A stretch of 64,000 nucleotides of DNA from Halarcobacter sp. (GCA_963676565.1 OY781089.1:960001-1024000), one strand, 5' to 3'; shown: positions 1-10,229, counted from the stretch's first letter. Translations and numbers: made by a program. Notes: generated by a model from the letters alone, not told the origin.

Positions 1-861
1 AGCTTTTGCGATAGACCCAATTGCCTCTTTTAGTGTTTTAACTCTTCCATCATGTAAATAAGGAGCTGTTAATGCCACATTTCTAAGTGTTGGTACTTTA
101 AAGTAGTACTTATCAAAATCATTTTTTGTAACATTGTAAAGTCCAAAGTGTGGATTGTCATTTTCATAAACCTCTTTTTTATCAAGGTTTTTAATTATGC
201 TATTATCAATAAGTCCAAAACGTGCATATAGTCCTCCACCGATATTAATACCATTGTGGCAAGAAACACAACCTTTTTTTTGAAAAAGTTCATAACCTTT
301 TTTTTGATTTTGTGTTAATGCATTTTTATCTCCCCTTAGATATTCATCAAAAGCACTAGGGGTTACTAGGGTTTTTTGAAACTCTTCAAGGGCATCACCT
401 ATATTCTCTTTTGTAATACCATTTTTATAAATATCTCTAAAGGCTTTATTGTATCCCTTGTCATTTTCTAAGGCCTTGATAATATTATCGAAACTATTTC
501 CCATCTCTTTTGGGTTTGTTAAGGGAAATTGAATTTGGTGGGCTAAATCTTTTGCTCTTCCATCCCACATTTGTCTAAAGTTATAAATAGCATTTAAAAC
601 AGTTGGCGTGTTTATATCACCTTTTTGTCCCTCTACACCATAAGAAAATTGTAGGTTATCAACTCCACCTAATTCTAGATTGTGACAACTAGCACAAGAG
701 ACACTATTATCTTTTGATAAAATTGGATCAAAATAAAGTTTTTTACCTAAAAGTGCTTTTTGTTTATCGTATTTAATATTTTTTGGTATAGGTGTGATAT
801 TTTGAGAAGCATATAAACTCAATAAAAAAAGGTTAAGAAAAACTATTAATATTCTAAGCAT
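1..861 (-). CDS. Di-heme cytochrome c peroxidase (CcpA/MauG family), 3' end outside window
   Basis: Not in ORF track. Manual translation from ATG at 861: MLRILIVFLNLFLLSLYAS...LGKKLYFDPILS...SCASCH...TPTVLNA...WDGRAKDL, with a second GCVSCH heme motif. Confidence 0.9.
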   Translation of the reverse strand, partial: MLRILIVFLNLFLLSLYASQNITPIPKNIKYDKQKALLGKKLYFDPILSKDNSVSCASCHNLELGGVDNLQFSYGVEGQKGDINTPTVLNAIYNFRQMWDGRAKDLAHQIQFPLTNPKEMGNSFDNIIKALENDKGYNKAFRDIYKNGITKENIGDALEEFQKTLVTPSAFDEYLRGDKNALTQNQKKGYELFQKKGCVSCHNGINIGGGLYARFGLIDNSIIKNLDKKEVYENDNPHFGLYNVTKNDFDKYYFKVPTLRNVALTAPYLHDGRVKTLKEAIGSIAKA

Positions 862-864
862 ATT

Positions 865-1539
865 TTACCTTACCAAATTTATCTGGTAACCGATGCCAGA
901 AATATTTTTGATACTTTCTTTAGTTGTTTTCTTTCTAATCTCTCTAACAATAGAACGTAAAGCATCTTCACTCATATATCCATCCCACACATAATTGCTA
1001 AATTCATCATATTTCACTGCTCTATTAGAGTTTTTTATAAGAAGTTCTAGAAAAAGAAGTTCTTTTTTTGTTAATGGAATCTGCATATCTTTTTTAAAAA
1101 GTGTATGGTTTAAGATATCAAAAGAAAAACCTCCAAAGATATTAAAAATTGATTGTTCTTTTACTGCATCCTCTGTACATTTTTCTAAAACATGAAGCAA
1201 AGTATCTTCCATAATAGGTTTAACTAAATACTTAACTAAACCTAGTTCTATAGCATCCATTAAATAAGAGGTTTCTAAATGTGCAGTTGCAACTATGATT
1301 TTTGTAGTTTTATCCTTCTTTCTTATTTGTTTAATCATATCTAAGCCATTTAATTTTGGCATTTTTATATCTGTAATTATAATATCTGGTTTAAGTTCTT
1401 GATATTTTTCTAAACCATCTTCACCATTACAAGCTTCATAAACATTGTCACAATAAAAACGAAGATATTCGACAGCATCTTCTCTAATGAGAGGTTCATC
1501 ATCAATATATAATATTTTTAAATCTTTTAAAATTTCCAT
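865..1539 (-). CDS. OmpR-family response regulator
   Basis: Receiver domain (IDDE, TDIKMP, KP) plus winged helix ending in GIGYQ. Confidence 0.93.
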   Translation of the reverse strand: MEILKDLKILYIDDEPLIREDAVEYLRFYCDNVYEACNGEDGLEKYQELKPDIIITDIKMPKLNGLDMIKQIRKKDKTTKIIVATAHLETSYLMDAIELGLVKYLVKPIMEDTLLHVLEKCTEDAVKEQSIFNIFGGFSFDILNHTLFKKDMQIPLTKKELLFLELLIKNSNRAVKYDEFSNYVWDGYMSEDALRSIVREIRKKTTKESIKNISGIGYQINLVR

Positions 1540-1691
1540 AAATGTAACTTCTTAGTAATAAATTAATATATAAAACCAACTTATGATTGTGACATTTTAT
1601 TTATGAAGATACTCTTAGATGATAAAAATTATTAAATGATAAGGAATTTATTTTATAAAAAGAATAAACTCCTTATTTGTTAGAGCGGGTG

Positions 1692-2003
1692 TTAAGGGAT
1701 TTGTACATAGATTAGTTGATTTTCAATTTTTGTTTCATATGTTTTTGAACATTCATAATCTTCACCAATGGCTGAACCATTTTCTAAATTGATATCAGTA
1801 TTATGAAGTGGGCAAGTTACTACATGTTCATGAACTAAACCATCATTTAATTTACCTTGTTTATGTGGACAAATATTGTTTATAGCAAAAATCTCACCAT
1901 CTTTTGTTTTAAAAATAGCAAGTTCTAATTCCCCAAATTCTATTACTCTTGCACCCATTTCTGGGATATTTTCTACTTCTGTGATTTTATACCAATTACT
2001 CAT
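1692..2003 (-). CDS. nirD: Nitrite reductase small subunit (Rieske-like)
   Basis: CPH...CPLH Rieske motif; overlaps the nirB stop by 4 bp. Confidence 0.92.
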   Translation of the reverse strand: MSNWYKITEVENIPEMGARVIEFGELELAIFKTKDGEIFAINNICPHKQGKLNDGLVHEHVVTCPLHNTDINLENGSAIGEDYECSKTYETKIENQLIYVQIP

Positions 2004-4465
2004 GCTTCTACTCCTTTTGCTTCAAAACTATGTGAATCTTCTGGACTAATTACTATCTTGTCGAACTCTTTTGTAAAGCCATCTTCAATTGCTTTTTTCC
2101 ATGGGTCAACTTGTGCTGTTCTTTGTGATTCATCAAATCTATCTGCGTAATATTTTCTTTTTTCTTCATCTAAAATTACATCTTTTATATATTGTAAGCC
2201 AACCCTTTCACACCAGTGGGCTGTTCTTTCTAAATAGTATGCATCTTCTCTATAAAATTGCATAAAAGCTTTTGTGTATTCAAATACCTCTTCTTCAGTT
2301 TCAACTTTACAAAGTAAATCGGTTATTCTAACTTTAATACCACCATTTCCTGCAATATGTAATTCCCATCCCGAATCAACACCAATTACACCAAAGTCTT
2401 TGATTGTTGCTTCTGCACAGTTTCTTGGACATCCTGATACTGCAATTTTGTATTTGTGTGGAGTCCATGACCCCCAAGTTAATTTTTCTAACTTTACTCC
2501 CATGCCCATAGAATCTTGTGTTCCAAATCTACAATATGTGTTTCCTACGCATGTTTTTACTGTTCTTAAACCCTTTGCATATGCTTGTCCTGATACAAAA
2601 CCACAGTCATTTAAATCTTTCCACATAGGTGCTAATTGTTCCTTTGTAACACCAAACATATCAAGTCTTTGACCACCAGTGAATTTAATAGTTGGAACTT
2701 CATATTTAACAGCAATATCAGCAATATCTTTCAACTCTTTTGGAGTTGTTAATCCACCCCAAATTCTTGGAACAACAGAATATGTTCCATCTTTTTGTAT
2801 ATTTGCAAAGTTTCTATCATTTACTAAGGCACTTCTTTTGTCATTCATATATTTATCATCATTGTATTTAGCTAATAAATAGTAGTTAACTGCTGGTCTA
2901 CATTTTGCGCAACCATCTTGGGTTTTCCAATCAGCTTTTTTGAACACATCGTAAACAGTATCAAATTCACCTTCATCAATGATTTTTTTGATTTCACCAT
3001 GACCTTTATCTGTACAAGCACAAATTCCTTCAGGTGCACTATTGTATTCATCTCCTAAAGTATTTACTAAAATTTGCTCAACTAAACCAACACAAGACCC
3101 ACATGAGGCACCAGCTTTTGTACACCCTTTTACATCCCCAAGTGATTTTAAATCTTTGTCTTTAATAGCATTTACAATATCGCCTTTACAAACACCATTA
3201 CATCCACAAACCTCTTCATCATCACTCATTGAATTTACATCATCTCCACCATGTCCTGAATCACCAAGAGCTGATTTCCCAAATAAAATCTTTGTTCTTA
3301 GGTCACTTATATCTGTATGTTCTTTTAATAATTTTAAATACCATGAAGCATCGGCAGTATCACCATAAAGAACTATTCCTATGATTTTATTATCATAAAT
3401 CACAAGTTTTTTATAAACTCCAACTTTTTCATCAAGTAAGATTAACTCTTCAGTTGTTTCATCTCCTAAATAATCTCCTGCACTAAATAAATCAACCCCT
3501 GAGATTTTAAGTCTTGTTGATAGTGTAGAACCAGAATATCCATCTACTTCTACACCAGCTAGTTTTTTAGCTAAAACTTTTCCTTGTTCATAAAGTGGAG
3601 CAACTAAGCCATAAGTGTTTTTATTGTGCTCAACGCATTCCCCAACTGCATAGATAGAATCATCAGATGTTTTTAGAAAATCATCTACAACAATACCTTT
3701 GTTTGTTTCAAGATTTGCATCTATTGCTAAATCTTTGTTTGGAATAATTCCAGTTGCAAATACAACTAGATTTGAATCAACAATAACCCCATCACTAAAA
3801 GTTACTTTTTCTACTTTTTTAGTTCCTAGAATTTGTTCAACTGTAGTGTTTAGTTTAAACTCTATTCCATAACTTTCTAAGTTTTTTTGTAAAAGTCTAC
3901 CACCAGTTGAGTCTAATTGTTGAGATAAAATTGAACCAGACCTATGAACTAAAATAGTTTTAACGCCATGCATAGCTATACCATAAGCAGCTTCAAGCCC
4001 AAGTAGTCCACCACCAACAACTACAGCAGTTTTTTCTTTATCTATTGTTGACATAATAGTGTCAACATCAGCTTTGTTTCTAAAGGCGATTACATTTTCT
4101 AAATCACTTCCAGATGTAGTAGGGATAAAAGGTTTTGACCCAGTTGCTATTAGAAGTTTGTCATATGAAAGTTCTAATCCAGATTCAGATTTAACTTTTT
4201 TATTTTTTTTATCAATTGAAATTACTTTATCACCTTTGTGTAAAGCAATATGGTTTTCCTCATACCATGAACGATGGTTTATAATAGTATCTTCAAAGGT
4301 TTTTTCACCAGATAAGATATATGAAAGCATAATTCTATTGTAGTTTACATATGGTTCTTCACCAAATATTGTTATTTCATATTTATCTTTTGAATAGTCT
4401 AATAAGTCTTCAATTACACGAAGTCCACTCATCCCATTTCCAATAACTATTAGTTTTTCTTTCAT
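2000..4465 (-). CDS. nirB: NAD(P)H-dependent assimilatory nitrite reductase large subunit
   Basis: FAD (GNGMSG) and NAD (GGGLLGLE) motifs, BFD-like CGCNGV...CGSC, and siroheme/4Fe-4S motifs CVGNTYC...GCPRNC. Confidence 0.96.
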   Translation of the reverse strand: MKEKLIVIGNGMSGLRVIEDLLDYSKDKYEITIFGEEPYVNYNRIMLSYILSGEKTFEDTIINHRSWYEENHIALHKGDKVISIDKKNKKVKSESGLELSYDKLLIATGSKPFIPTTSGSDLENVIAFRNKADVDTIMSTIDKEKTAVVVGGGLLGLEAAYGIAMHGVKTILVHRSGSILSQQLDSTGGRLLQKNLESYGIEFKLNTTVEQILGTKKVEKVTFSDGVIVDSNLVVFATGIIPNKDLAIDANLETNKGIVVDDFLKTSDDSIYAVGECVEHNKNTYGLVAPLYEQGKVLAKKLAGVEVDGYSGSTLSTRLKISGVDLFSAGDYLGDETTEELILLDEKVGVYKKLVIYDNKIIGIVLYGDTADASWYLKLLKEHTDISDLRTKILFGKSALGDSGHGGDDVNSMSDDEEVCGCNGVCKGDIVNAIKDKDLKSLGDVKGCTKAGASCGSCVGLVEQILVNTLGDEYNSAPEGICACTDKGHGEIKKIIDEGEFDTVYDVFKKADWKTQDGCAKCRPAVNYYLLAKYNDDKYMNDKRSALVNDRNFANIQKDGTYSVVPRIWGGLTTPKELKDIADIAVKYEVPTIKFTGGQRLDMFGVTKEQLAPMWKDLNDCGFVSGQAYAKGLRTVKTCVGNTYCRFGTQDSMGMGVKLEKLTWGSWTPHKYKIAVSGCPRNCAEATIKDFGVIGVDSGWELHIAGNGGIKVRITDLLCKVETEEEVFEYTKAFMQFYREDAYYLERTAHWCERVGLQYIKDVILDEEKRKYYADRFDESQRTAQVDPWKKAIEDGFTKEFDKIVISPEDSHSFEAKGVEA

Positions 4466-4531
4466 GGTTTTTTTCCTTTATTTCTTATTATTTTATTATT
4501 ACAAATTATGGTGGTTTTAAATACAAATAAT

Positions 4532-4547
4532 TGTATATAAAACATAC
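4532..4547. promoter_or_regulatory. GTAT-N7-ATAC palindrome upstream of nirB
   Basis: TGTATATAAAACATAC; recurs at 7948, 7983 and 18342. Confidence 0.65.
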
Positions 4548-4635
4548 TATTAAACTTAAATATAAATTAAAATATTTAAATTTTGATTTTTAAAACCTTC
4601 TTTTAGGCTATTTGAAGCTTAAAAATACATTAAAA

Positions 4636-6360
4636 TTAACTAAGTAAAAGTATACAAACTAATATGAAAAGTATTAGTGTACTACTTTGCCAAAAAATTA
4701 ATGGATTTCTTTGTATTAAAGGTGGTTTTGTTTTTTTCAAAAAGTTTTGATTTGGATTAAATAAGTCATATATAAATTCAGATAGTTCAGAATATCTTTT
4801 TGAGGGCTCAATTTCACATGCTTTTTTAATAGCTTCATCTACCCAAATTGGAAGATTTTTTTTATCTTCATCATAAATAGAAATATATTTTAATTTTTTT
4901 TGTGCTGCTTTTGTAGTTGATTTTGATACATTAACTCCATAGGGAAAAGAGCCAGATAACATTTGGTAAGTTATAACTCCAAGGGCAAAAATATCTGACC
5001 TTGGAGTCCCTTCAAATCCTAAAAAATATTCAGGTGCTGAATACATAGCAGTCCCTTGAATATGAAACTGTTCAGTAAAAGTTGTGATATCATCAAGACC
5101 TGCAACCTTTGTAGAACCAAAATCAATAATTTTTACACAACCACTTTCATCTATCATGATATTTTCAGGACGAATATCTTGATGAATCATCTCTAATTTG
5201 TGAAATGCATACAAACCTTTTGCGATTTGTTCGATGATATCTCTTACTTTTTCTAGTTTTGGCTTTGGATTATCAATCATCCATTGAGTTAAAGTTTGTC
5301 CTTCAATAAACTCTGTTACATTGTATATATAGTTTTGTTTTCTTGTTTGAACAAAAGATTTTACAACATGGGGATTATTAATCTTTTTTGCAATCCAATC
5401 TTCAATTAAGAATTTTTCTAAGTGGGCTTTATCATCTTGTAGTTCTGTTGAAGGGATTTTTAAAACTAACTTTTCCCCACTTTTGATATCTTTTACCACA
5501 TATGTATGGCTTCTACTACTTGATGTTAGATTTCTAATCACTTCAAAACCATCAAATTCTTGCCTTGCTTCAAGTAAAGATGGAACTTTTTTTTCTTCTA
5601 ATTGTTCATTTATCTCTTTTATACTTTTATCTGGAAGATTTGTTATTTTAATAATTTGAAGAGTTAAATTATCATCACTTCCATTTTCCAAAGCTTTTTC
5701 AACTAAAACTCTAGCTGCTGTATCATAATAATCATCATAAATATTTAGTGTTTCATTTATAAATTTGAAATCTAAAAATTCGTAAACACCATCCGTTGCT
5801 AAAATAAATATATCATCTTTTTCAATTGCAATATGTTCGTAATCGATTGTTAACTGTGAGTCTAACCCCATAGCTCTACTTAAATACTCTTCTTGACTTG
5901 AAATTCTTATTCTATGGTCAGTTGTTAAAAGTTGCTCTTTTTTATCTCTTATTCTATAGATTCTTGAATCACCAATATGGAAAATATGTGCAGTATTTGA
6001 TTTCAAAATCATTGAACTTAGAGTGCAAACGTAGCCTTTATCTTTGTCATAAGAGTGAATACTTTTTTTTGATTGGGAAAAAAGCCATGAGTTAGTTGGG
6101 GTTAAAACTCTCATGGCTGATTTTTTTACAGACCAAGTCTGCGAGGTACAATAGTAATCTTCTAAAAAGGAGTTTACGGAAATTTGACTAGCAATATCAC
6201 TTACGTTACTTGAACTAATACCATCAGCAAGTGCAATTGCAATACCTTTGTATTTTAATTGGTGCTCATTTGGAATGCAAATACCATGGAAGTCTTGATT
6301 TACTTCTTTTACACCCTTTGATGAGTATTGTCCATAGCTAATCTGTAATATATTTTTCAT
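4636..6360 (-). CDS. Bifunctional PP2C phosphatase / Ser-Thr kinase with C-terminal TM helix
   Basis: PP2C motifs ADG, HIGDSR, TDGV, DDNLT; kinase motifs HQDIRPEN, DFGS, YSAPE. Confidence 0.92.
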   Translation of the reverse strand: MKNILQISYGQYSSKGVKEVNQDFHGICIPNEHQLKYKGIAIALADGISSSNVSDIASQISVNSFLEDYYCTSQTWSVKKSAMRVLTPTNSWLFSQSKKSIHSYDKDKGYVCTLSSMILKSNTAHIFHIGDSRIYRIRDKKEQLLTTDHRIRISSQEEYLSRAMGLDSQLTIDYEHIAIEKDDIFILATDGVYEFLDFKFINETLNIYDDYYDTAARVLVEKALENGSDDNLTLQIIKITNLPDKSIKEINEQLEEKKVPSLLEARQEFDGFEVIRNLTSSSRSHTYVVKDIKSGEKLVLKIPSTELQDDKAHLEKFLIEDWIAKKINNPHVVKSFVQTRKQNYIYNVTEFIEGQTLTQWMIDNPKPKLEKVRDIIEQIAKGLYAFHKLEMIHQDIRPENIMIDESGCVKIIDFGSTKVAGLDDITTFTEQFHIQGTAMYSAPEYFLGFEGTPRSDIFALGVITYQMLSGSFPYGVNVSKSTTKAAQKKLKYISIYDEDKKNLPIWVDEAIKKACEIEPSKRYSELSEFIYDLFNPNQNFLKKTKPPLIQRNPLIFWQSSTLILFILVCILLLS

Positions 6361-6376
6361 ACTATTAAACCTTAAG

Positions 6377-6397
6377 GAAGAACAAAAAATGTTCTTC
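6377..6397. terminator. Stem-loop between cynS and the kinase/phosphatase
   Basis: GAAGAACA-N5-TGTTCTTC. Confidence 0.45.
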
Positions 6398-6411
6398 GTT
6401 AAAGATTACTT

Positions 6412-6852
6412 CTACCAAGATTTGTATGGTAAAAATTTTCCATTCATAGTTATAACTACTCTATCACCAGCTTTGTTTTTTTCTTTATCAATATCCATTG
6501 AAAAGTCAATTGCACTCATAATACCATCACCAAATTTTTCACCAATTAGTTCTTTTATAGTATCTCCATAAACACCAATTACCTCATAAAATCTATAGAC
6601 AACTGGATCAGTAGGTATACTCTTCTCCCAAGTTTTATATGGGAACTCTTGTAAAGTTTTTTCAACTTCTTTTCCTAGTTTTAAAACTTTACAAAGTTTT
6701 TTTGCAGGTTCTTTTGTTAGACTGTTTTGTCCTAAACAAGCTGAAGTTAAAAATACAGCTCCTAATTCTACTTTCGAAGCTATCTCTTCCCAAGAAAGAC
6801 CTAAACTTTTTTTTGCAAATATAATCTCTTCTGTCATTTCAATTTTTGTCAT
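6412..6852 (-). CDS. cynS: Cyanate hydratase (cyanase)
   Basis: PTDPVVYRFYE, FGDGIMSAIDF, GKFLPY. Confidence 0.97.
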   Translation of the reverse strand: MTKIEMTEEIIFAKKSLGLSWEEIASKVELGAVFLTSACLGQNSLTKEPAKKLCKVLKLGKEVEKTLQEFPYKTWEKSIPTDPVVYRFYEVIGVYGDTIKELIGEKFGDGIMSAIDFSMDIDKEKNKAGDRVVITMNGKFLPYKSW

Positions 6853-7025
6853 ATTACACTCCTTTAAAAGTGTCCCACTTTATAAAGGGACCGTATTGTT
6901 ATTTAGTCTACTTTTTAGTAGGATTTGTAAAAAATCCTTAAAAGTAGAAAAACCTAAAGAGGCAAAGAATTGCCTTTTTTTAAAATCTAAAAGAGAGGTC
7001 TTAAGACCTCTACCTTTTTACGCTA

Positions 7026-7862
7026 TTAAGCAGCTTTTTTTGAAGTATGGATATTTAAATCTCTTTTAGGACTTTGTTTATGGTGTGTATAATAAATCAT
7101 TAATCCAACAAAGAATAGACCACCAACTAAATTACCTAATGCAACAGGAAGTTCATTCCATAATAAGTAATCAATAACAGTAAAGTCTCCACCCATAATT
7201 AAAGAGAATGGGAATAAAAACATATTAACAATTGAGTGCTCAAATCCCATAAAGAAGAAAAGCATTACTGGCATCCACATTGCTAACCATTTACCTGAAA
7301 CTGAAGTTGAAATCATAGCTCCAACAACACCCATAGATACCATCCAGTTACATAACATACCTCTAATAAATACAGTTAACCAACCGTCCATTCCATATGC
7401 CGAATAACCTAAAGTTCTAGCTTCACCAATTTTTGCAACTTTTGTAGCAATTGCTCCACCATCAGTATTGAAACCCATTGTAAAGATAAAAGCCATCATA
7501 CAAGCAACAGTAAAGGCTCCACCAAAGTTACCTAATGCAACTAATCCCCAGTTTCTTAACATCTGTCCAACTGTTACACCTGGTCTTTTGTCAATAAGTG
7601 CTAAAGGTACTAAAGTAAATACACCCGTTAAAAGGTCAAATTTCATGAAATATAACATGATGAAACCAACAGGGAATAAACAAGCTCCTAAGATTGGAGA
7701 ACCTGATTTCATTGCAACAGTAACCGCAAAAACTGCAGCTAAAGCTAAAATAGCACCAGCCATATAAGCTCTAATAAGAGTATCCTTAGTTGACATGAAG
7801 ACTTTTTCTTCACCAGCATCTACCATTTTGGTAGCAAACTCAGATGGGTTAATATACGACAT
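7026..7862 (-). CDS. Formate/nitrite transporter (FNT) family channel
   Basis: DLLTG, LGNFGG, CNWMV, FEHSIVNM, LGNLVGG motifs. Confidence 0.93.
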   Translation of the reverse strand: MSYINPSEFATKMVDAGEEKVFMSTKDTLIRAYMAGAILALAAVFAVTVAMKSGSPILGACLFPVGFIMLYFMKFDLLTGVFTLVPLALIDKRPGVTVGQMLRNWGLVALGNFGGAFTVACMMAFIFTMGFNTDGGAIATKVAKIGEARTLGYSAYGMDGWLTVFIRGMLCNWMVSMGVVGAMISTSVSGKWLAMWMPVMLFFFMGFEHSIVNMFLFPFSLIMGGDFTVIDYLLWNELPVALGNLVGGLFFVGLMIYYTHHKQSPKRDLNIHTSKKAA

Positions 7863-7947
7863 CCAAACTCCTTTTTTTATGTTTAATTTTAAGATGTGGT
7901 ATTAAATCAAAAGAAGTGAGGAAAAAAATAGGATTTTAAAATTTTTG

Positions 7948-7964
7948 TGTATAAATTATATACA
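7948..7964. promoter_or_regulatory. TGTAT-N7-ATACA palindrome in the FNT/kinase divergent promoter
   Basis: TGTATAAATTATATACA. Confidence 0.65.
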
Positions 7965-7979
7965 TATCTAGAAAAAATC

Positions 7980-8002
7980 AATTGTATAGAATAGATACAA
8001 TT
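7980..8002. promoter_or_regulatory. AATTGTAT-N7-ATACAATT palindrome directly before the kinase ATG
   Basis: Perfect 8-bp inverted repeat with a 7-bp spacer. Confidence 0.6.
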
Positions 8003-9565
8003 ATGAAAAACAAAGGAAGAAAAATAAGAAAGTCAATTGTATATTTGTTTGTATTTTTTATACTCTCTTTATTTTTATTAATTGGAAGTACAATAAAAGA
8101 TTCATATAAAGTTCAAGAAGATTTATTAGTAGAGAGTCTACGAAGTAAAGCAGAGGCTATATTTAATTTAATAGTTGATATGAGACATTGGAATGCTCAG
8201 TTTAATGGAGTATATGTAAAAACAGAAGAGCTAGAGCCAAATCCATATTTAAAACCAAACTTTATCAAATCAGAAAAAGGTGAAACCATGGTTTGGGTAA
8301 ATCCTGCTTTTATGACAAGAATGATTTCAGATATTGCAAGTACAAGGGAAGGTTTTACTCTTAAAATCACTAGTAATAAGCTTATAAATAAACATAATGC
8401 ACCAGATGAATATGAAAAATCTATATTAGATAAATTTGATGAAAATCCTGAAATACCATATTATTGGAATATAAAAGGTGATACTTTTAGATTTGTAGGT
8501 GCCTTAAAAACAGAACCAGACTGCTTAAACTGTCACTCTTTTCAAGGCTATAAAGTAGGAGATGTAAGGGGTGGTATTAGTGTTACCTTTGATGCAAAAA
8601 AAGAGTTTGCACAACTTGAAGAGATAAATGAAGATAAAGAACAAACAATAATGTTTCTTGTAATAGCCGCTATTGGTTCAATTATTACTTTAATACTATA
8701 TCAAACAATGCAAAGAAGAGATGAAAGAAAAATCTCAAATCTAAATGAATCACTAGAAATAAAAGTAAAAGAGTTAGATGAGTTTAATAAAACACTTCAT
8801 AATAAAGTAAAAGTTGAAGTTGATAAACAAAGGGAAAAAGAAAACTTACTAATCCAACAATCAAAAATGGCAGCAATGGGTGAAATGATTGGAAATATTG
8901 CCCACCAATGGAGACAACCAATTAGTGCTGTTAGTGCTATTATGATGAATATTAAATGGACTGCAATAGAGCAAGGAGCTGATAGAAATTTCCTTGATGA
9001 GAGAATGAAAGAGGCTAATGAACAACTTAAATATATGAGTCAGACAATAGATGATTTTAGGACATTTTTTAAACCAAATAGAGAAAAAGAGTGTTTTAAT
9101 TTAAAAGATGAGGTACAAAAAGCATACAAAATACTTCAAGCATCTTTAGAAAATCAGAATATAAATTTACAAATTTATTGTAAAAAGGTGATTACAGTTT
9201 ATGGATATTCAAATGAGTTTTCACAAGTTGTCTTAAATCTTATCTCTAACGCAAAAGATGTATTAATAGAAAGGGAAATAATAAATCCTAAAATTGAAAT
9301 ATATTTAGATGAAGATGAGGAAAATATCTATTGTGAAGTTAAAGATAATGGGGGAGGAATAGATCAAAAGATTATTGATAAAATTTTTGAACCATACTTT
9401 ACAACAAAAGAAGGACATGGAACGGGGATTGGTTTATACATCTCAAAAGAGATTATTCATAAACATATGAAAGGCTTACTAATCGCACAAAATATAGAAA
9501 ATGGCGCAAACTTTAAGATATCAGTTCCTAAAACAAAGGATATGTGTAATGCAAATATTGAGTAG
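8003..9565 (+). CDS. Sensor histidine kinase with periplasmic heme-c (DUF3365/Tll0287-like) domain
   Basis: TM - periplasmic domain with CLNCH and GDVRGGIS - TM - H-box AHQWRQP, plus N/G boxes (DNGGG, FEPYFTTK, GTGIGL). ATG 8003 chosen over TTG 7982. Confidence 0.9.
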   Translation: MKNKGRKIRKSIVYLFVFFILSLFLLIGSTIKDSYKVQEDLLVESLRSKAEAIFNLIVDMRHWNAQFNGVYVKTEELEPNPYLKPNFIKSEKGETMVWVNPAFMTRMISDIASTREGFTLKITSNKLINKHNAPDEYEKSILDKFDENPEIPYYWNIKGDTFRFVGALKTEPDCLNCHSFQGYKVGDVRGGISVTFDAKKEFAQLEEINEDKEQTIMFLVIAAIGSIITLILYQTMQRRDERKISNLNESLEIKVKELDEFNKTLHNKVKVEVDKQREKENLLIQQSKMAAMGEMIGNIAHQWRQPISAVSAIMMNIKWTAIEQGADRNFLDERMKEANEQLKYMSQTIDDFRTFFKPNREKECFNLKDEVQKAYKILQASLENQNINLQIYCKKVITVYGYSNEFSQVVLNLISNAKDVLIEREIINPKIEIYLDEDEENIYCEVKDNGGGIDQKIIDKIFEPYFTTKEGHGTGIGLYISKEIIHKHMKGLLIAQNIENGANFKISVPKTKDMCNANIE

Positions 9566-10229
9566 ATTAAAAGAGAAAACAATACTTTTGGTAGAAGATG
9601 AGGATGTTATTAGAAATAATATTGCATCGATGTTGAAGCATTTTTTTAAAGAAGTTTATACAGCAAGTGATGGTTATGAGGGTGTCGATAAATATGAAGA
9701 TTATCTTCCCAATATAGTTATGACTGATTTAAAAATGCCTATTATGGGTGGTTTTGAATTAATTGAAGAGTTAAAAAAACGTTCAAGTAAAGCCTATACA
9801 ATAATAGTATCAGCTCATACAGATACAGAACTTTTAATAGAAGCAATTAATAATGGAGTTGATAGATATATAATCAAACCTGTAACAGAAGATGAACTAT
9901 TTGAAGCTTTTGAAGCTTATTTTAAAAAGCTTGATGAAACAACACCTAAAGTAGTTGAGCTAAATGAAAGTACAAAAATAGACCTTGATAAACACCTAGC
10001 AATAGTTGATGGTGTTGAGGTAAAACTAAATAAAAAAGAAAATCAACTTCTAACACTTCTTTGTGTGGATATGAATAAAGCAGTTTCATATGAAGAGATA
10101 GAATATCAAATCTGGGGAAGTGATTCTATGAGTTTATCTGCTATTAGAAGTGTGGTTAGAGACTTACGAAAAAAAATAGGTAGTGAATTTGTTGTAAATG
10201 TTTCAGGGATTGGGTATAGGTTGAAATAA
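9549..10229 (+). CDS. OmpR-family response regulator, probably cognate to the upstream kinase
   Basis: VEDE, TDLKMP and winged helix GIGYRL; ATG 9549 follows AAGGA and overlaps the kinase 3' end. Confidence 0.92.
   Translation: MQILSRLKEKTILLVEDEDVIRNNIASMLKHFFKEVYTASDGYEGVDKYEDYLPNIVMTDLKMPIMGGFELIEELKKRSSKAYTIIVSAHTDTELLIEAINNGVDRYIIKPVTEDELFEAFEAYFKKLDETTPKVVELNESTKIDLDKHLAIVDGVEVKLNKKENQLLTLLCVDMNKAVSYEEIEYQIWGSDSMSLSAIRSVVRDLRKKIGSEFVVNVSGIGYRLK

Noticed and set aside
6853..7025. ANTAR (NasT/NasR) dual-hairpin motif
   Set aside because: The loops do not fit the paired hexaloop consensus, and no ANTAR protein is in the window.
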